This document shows, piece after piece, positions 17,741 through 21,426 of a DNA stretch of 21,426 nt. Source of the DNA: Spirogloea muscicola (Eukaryota). How positions within the stretch are numbered: the first letter of the stretch is position 1; every line of letters begins with the position of its first letter. The translations under genes and the position numbers were made by a program. The stretch is from NCBI GenBank assembly GCA_009602725.1, contig WELB01000031.1:242022-263447 (forward strand), read 5' to 3'. Below the pieces are notes generated by a model. The model did not search any database, was not told the origin of the DNA, and saw nothing but the letters and a program-made list of their open reading frames with translations.

Positions 17741-20700
17741 AGAAGAATGCTCGCCCACTGAGAATAGGGGCTGGAAAAGCCAGCCCAAAAAAGAATGAAC
17801 AAAGTACGAGAAGGGGGCCAGGAGAAGCGCTAAGAAAAACAAGCACACAAAGTAAAAAGCAGCTACAAATCACTCAGTAACCCCTGCTAAGCAGCCGCAG
17901 ATTAGAGATGCTAGGCTCCTGGTAGTGGGTCCCCTGGCCAGAGCCAGAGTCAGCAGCGAGGGCTGTGCCGGCACGAAGGTGCAGCGCGCAGGCCATAGAC
18001 CTCTGCAGCGAGACGGCCAGGCGGTATACTTGCGCCAGCAACCCGGCTGCAGGAAAGTCTACCGGCTCTCTACGGAAGCGACGGGCGATAGTGTGGCGGG
18101 CGAGCTGGGTGAGCAGCTCGAGCCACCGAGCGCCCCGCGCCCCATGGGTGTCAATCGCCAACGGGAAGAACTCGGCTTCCCGCAGGTGGTCGGCGTACTT
18201 GGGCTCTTTAGCCCGAGCGGCTCAGGCGATCGCATGCCCAGCGTTGGTGGCACATTGGGCTGGGTGTGAGCGGTCGTATGCGTCGGTGGTCACCACGTCC
18301 AGGAGAAAACGTGGCCCGCCGGCCTGTGGGGTGGCCACCAGGTTTACGCGACGGGCGTGGAGAACGTCGGCCCTTGCATGGAGCGGCATGACGCCGGAGT
18401 GCTCCGCTGCCACCGAGATGCCAGCCTCCACCAGGATGCCATGCATCGCATCGCGGAGACGGTCGTGGGCCGCTGTCCGCTTGCCGCCATGGGCGCAGCG
18501 CAGAACATGAGCGGCCAGCTCCCCAGACTCGGCCCCTCGCTCGCCGCATACACACTGACGCACACCCTGGAGACATGGAGACGGCAGTCCCAGGAGCCGG
18601 CGGACGGCAGTGCGAAATACCTCATCAGGGAGAGTGAGGGCGTCATTGATCGGGAGGGCCTAAAGCCACGCGAAGCTCGCTTGGACGCACAGGCCAGCGG
18701 AGTGCGCGAGGTGCGCAAAGGAGACCGCCTGGCCTGCCAGGTCCGGGTGCGCCGCGAGCAGCTCCTGGTGGGCGGAGCGAAGCGACACCTGGAACGGCAG
18801 CGCGCCTATGTCGACCTCCACCACCGCCTGCTCCAGAGCACGCCGGCCGTGGACCATGAAGCGATGGGCCACGGAGGCGGCCGTCTGCGCCCAGCTGCCC
18901 GGGTATGCAGCCCGGCAAGAACGGGCGAGCGGGCGCAGGCCGAGACCACCGTGGCTGAGGGTCCGCCAGAGGAGGTTGCTGGGCTGACCGTACCCCAAGC
19001 GGAAAAAGGGTGCCAGGGAGGGGAAGGATGCCCGGAGCTCCTCCGCAATACTGGCGCGCTCCACAGTGTTAAAAGCATTCTTCACGTCAACGGCCAGCAC
19101 CAGCCACCCCGGGTGCTGGTCCAAGGTCGCACGAACCCCGTGGACGATGGCCTCGCCCCCACTCCGCAGCCCTGCGCCGTAGTGGTGTGGCGCCATGTGC
19201 ACCTGCACCGGCCCCGCATGCTGCTGCCAGAGTACGCGGCTCACCAGGCGGTACAAGACCTCCCCGATGGCAACGGGCCTGACTCCCCCCCTCGGCTTGT
19301 GGAGGGCGAGCAGCGTGCTGGTGCACAGTATGCCGCGGATGCTGGCCGGCACATTGTCTCGGGCCATATGCTGGCAGATCTGCAGCAGCGCCTTCAAGTC
19401 TGCCGCCTCACCCTCGAGGAAGATCTCCCGCAGGTGCTCAGCTAGCATGCGGGAGGGGCCGCCGGCGGCTGCGCGACGGCTGGTCTGGAGAGCCTTCTTG
19501 AGGGCGTCGGCTTCCAAGACCACCTCCTCCGGCGGGGCGAACGCGGCCAACCATGGTGGCAGGGGGGAGCTTGCCGGGGGGTGGAGGGGAGTCCAGAGCC
19601 GCCCGGGTTGCCGCATTGGTCCGCGCCAGCATCGCATCGTCCAGGGCCTGCACAGCCCGGGAGAGCTTACCCGCGTAGCCGTAGCGAAGAGCCCTGCGGA
19701 CGCTGGCGGCCCGGTCGTGTGTTGCCCCTCGGCCACCACGGTTGGCCGTGGACGCCACCACGGTTGCGTCGTGCCTCGCCAGGAGCTCCGTCCAGTGCCC
19801 GCTCCCGAACAACTGAACGCGTTCCAAGAGGGGCTGCTGGCCCTGCTTGCGGCTGTCGGGAGAGACCCACCCGAGCAACAGCTAGGGGAAGAGGATGAAC
19901 AACTTCCACACCGCCTCGTCCCAGTGGTCCGCAACGATCCGCTGCGTCACCAGGCGGAGCGCGCGGCGGAGGTGTGGACGCGCCCAGCGCGGAACGTGGC
20001 AAAGGAGCGGAGGGGCCGCCTGGCGGTGAACTGCGGCCAGGTCGAGGCCTGCCAGCCACTGCCAGTGGTGAGGCGTGGGCGGGGACGGCGCGGGAGGCCT
20101 GCCTGGTCTTCCCCGGCGACCACCCGCCGCCGCTGCGCTACGCGCCTGCTCCGCACGGTTTTTGTTTCATGTGCAAGTTCGCTGGTGGTCGGACCGGCCG
20201 GACCGCGTGGTGAAGGTCCTCTGGCAAAGCTGGCAACGCAGCGGGTCGGGCGAGAGAGGTGGGGGCGACGGCAGTGGAGCCGGCTCGCTCGGCCGGGGTG
20301 GAGGCGGCTGAGACGGGGGCGGCGTCGATGGCGCTGACTGTGGAAGGCTGGGCGGCTCGAGAGGCGGGGTGGCGGATGGTTGGGAAGGCGGCGTCGGGGA
20401 AGGTGGGGGCGGGGGGGACGGCGGTTGTGGTGACGACGGCTCGGCGGGCGGTAGCGGCTGCTGCACCTATGTCGCCGGAGAAGCACATTCGGGGACGTCA
20501 GGGCGGAGCACACGGGGCATGGTACCCTGAGGATGGAGGAGCGTGGTCACCTCGTGGGTCCCCTCGCATCTCAGGGCTGGAGGCGATAACGCTTGTGCCC
20601 GACACTTCTCTTGGGCAGGAGGCGATAGAGTAGTGGCCTCCATGGAATGCTCCGTTGTATGCTCCGCCTAAGCAGATGCCGGGGCCGGGACGATGGGGCT

Positions 20701-21130
20701 GCAAGCCGTGACGGCCGCTGCGGGCGGAGTGCCGGTGGGGCTGGCATGCCCCTTGCAGTGTCGCCGATGCAGGGAGACGCCATGGGGAGTGGCGAAGTCT
20801 CGCGGGCAGGTGGGGCGCGGCGCGCGCGGGGGGCTTTGCAGGCGAGGGTGGCGATGGCGGAAGAAGGGGGGGCTGCGGCGGAGGTGGCGTGGTGGCGGCA
20901 TGGAAGGCGGCGAGGGTGAGAAACCGCTGCGCCCACGCGAGCTTGGCCGGGGGAAGTTCGGGACTCCGACTCCGAAGGCGGCGCCGAGACCGCGCAGGTG
21001 GGGCGACGGCGGGCGGCACGGCGGCGACGGGAGCGACGGTGGCAGCGGGAGCCGGCGCAGGGGGAGGGCCGGGAGGGGGCCTGCACGCCGCCGCGGACCC
21101 CATGGCGGGCGCCGGCGGCGGCGCCCGCGA
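17741..21130 (-). mobile_element. CRE-clade non-LTR retrotransposon (family A), near full length but inactivated
   Basis: Single degenerate ORF from a probable ATG at 21103 to stop 17874. Pro-rich N-terminus with zinc-finger motifs; WKLFILFP..RVQLFGSGHWTEL..AGKLSRAVQAL. RT N-part: AGGPS..AEHL..LLALHKPRGGVRPVAIGEVLYRL..GGEAIVH..VDVKNAFNTVER. Then GGLGL..AAY.GSW, AWL.ALP..FRTAVRRLLGL, CCHC knuckle CVC-x10-HVLRC, HDRLRD, and RLE RVNL..LLDV..AK..KY..FFPLAIDTHG..LQR. Stops at 20167, 19882, 18660 and 18222, frameshift at ~19588. The 5' end is approximate. Confidence 0.9.
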
Positions 21131-21426
21131 CTCTAACTTTGGCAACGATGACCGCAAGGCTCCAAGCTTGAATGGCTGGCTGTGTAGGTTTGGCGCCGTC
21201 CGGCCCTTGGGACCCTGCCCATTACTGATGGGCTGGCTTTCTTCTTTTTCTCACTGCCCTGGGTGGGGCCACTACCATCCCCTTTCGTCGGCTCTTAGGT
21301 ACCTTAGATTAGATTAGGTCTCCGTATTATGTAGCATTGTTTAGTCTGCACTCGACTCTGCCTGAACAATGTATTGGCTTGAATTGGCCTCCCTTTCAAT
21401 TCATGTGCCCCGCGCGCCTTCTCTCT

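Noticed and set aside
588..17790. Hairpin followed or preceded by T/A runs as bacterial rho-independent terminators, or the dispersed repeats as a CRISPR array
   Set aside because: The context is eukaryotic with spliceosomal introns. The hairpins sit in retroelement UTRs, and the repeats are irregularly spaced in both orientations with no spacer periodicity or cas genes.
18357..20337. Long plus-strand ORFs (362 aa and 380 aa)
   Set aside because: Antisense shadows of the GC-rich retrotransposon ORF with no recognisable motifs.

Overview
Eukaryotic, intron-rich DNA, probably from a streptophyte green alga. This is inferred from the land-plant-type MSL channel, the plant-type ARPC1, a TBL-like gene and very GC-rich first exons. 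The window holds two apparently intact minus-strand genes in tandem: ARPC1 (15 exons, 12180-15523) and an MscS-like mechanosensitive channel (8 exons, 7279-11798). It also holds a disrupted TBL/PC-esterase-type O-acetyltransferase gene on the plus strand (~1851-4155) and a badly decayed, possibly glycosyltransferase-like gene (~4450-6050, minus). The intergenic DNA (1-1760, 11870-12000, 15570-21426) is packed with remnants of several related CRE-clade non-LTR retrotransposon families carrying a restriction-like endonuclease. One copy is near full length but internally deleted (17741-~21130), and about 15 others are 5'-truncated 3' fragments. The most unusual signal is that families with otherwise different 3' UTRs share a terminal GGGCTGG-loop-CCAGCCC hairpin, a GGCGAGC motif and a (TTC)n-like tail. 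They pile into one another, including one nested insertion with an apparent target-site duplication, which suggests a self-targeting retroelement consortium. All alignments were made by eye; the family labels A-D are mine; no database searches were run.
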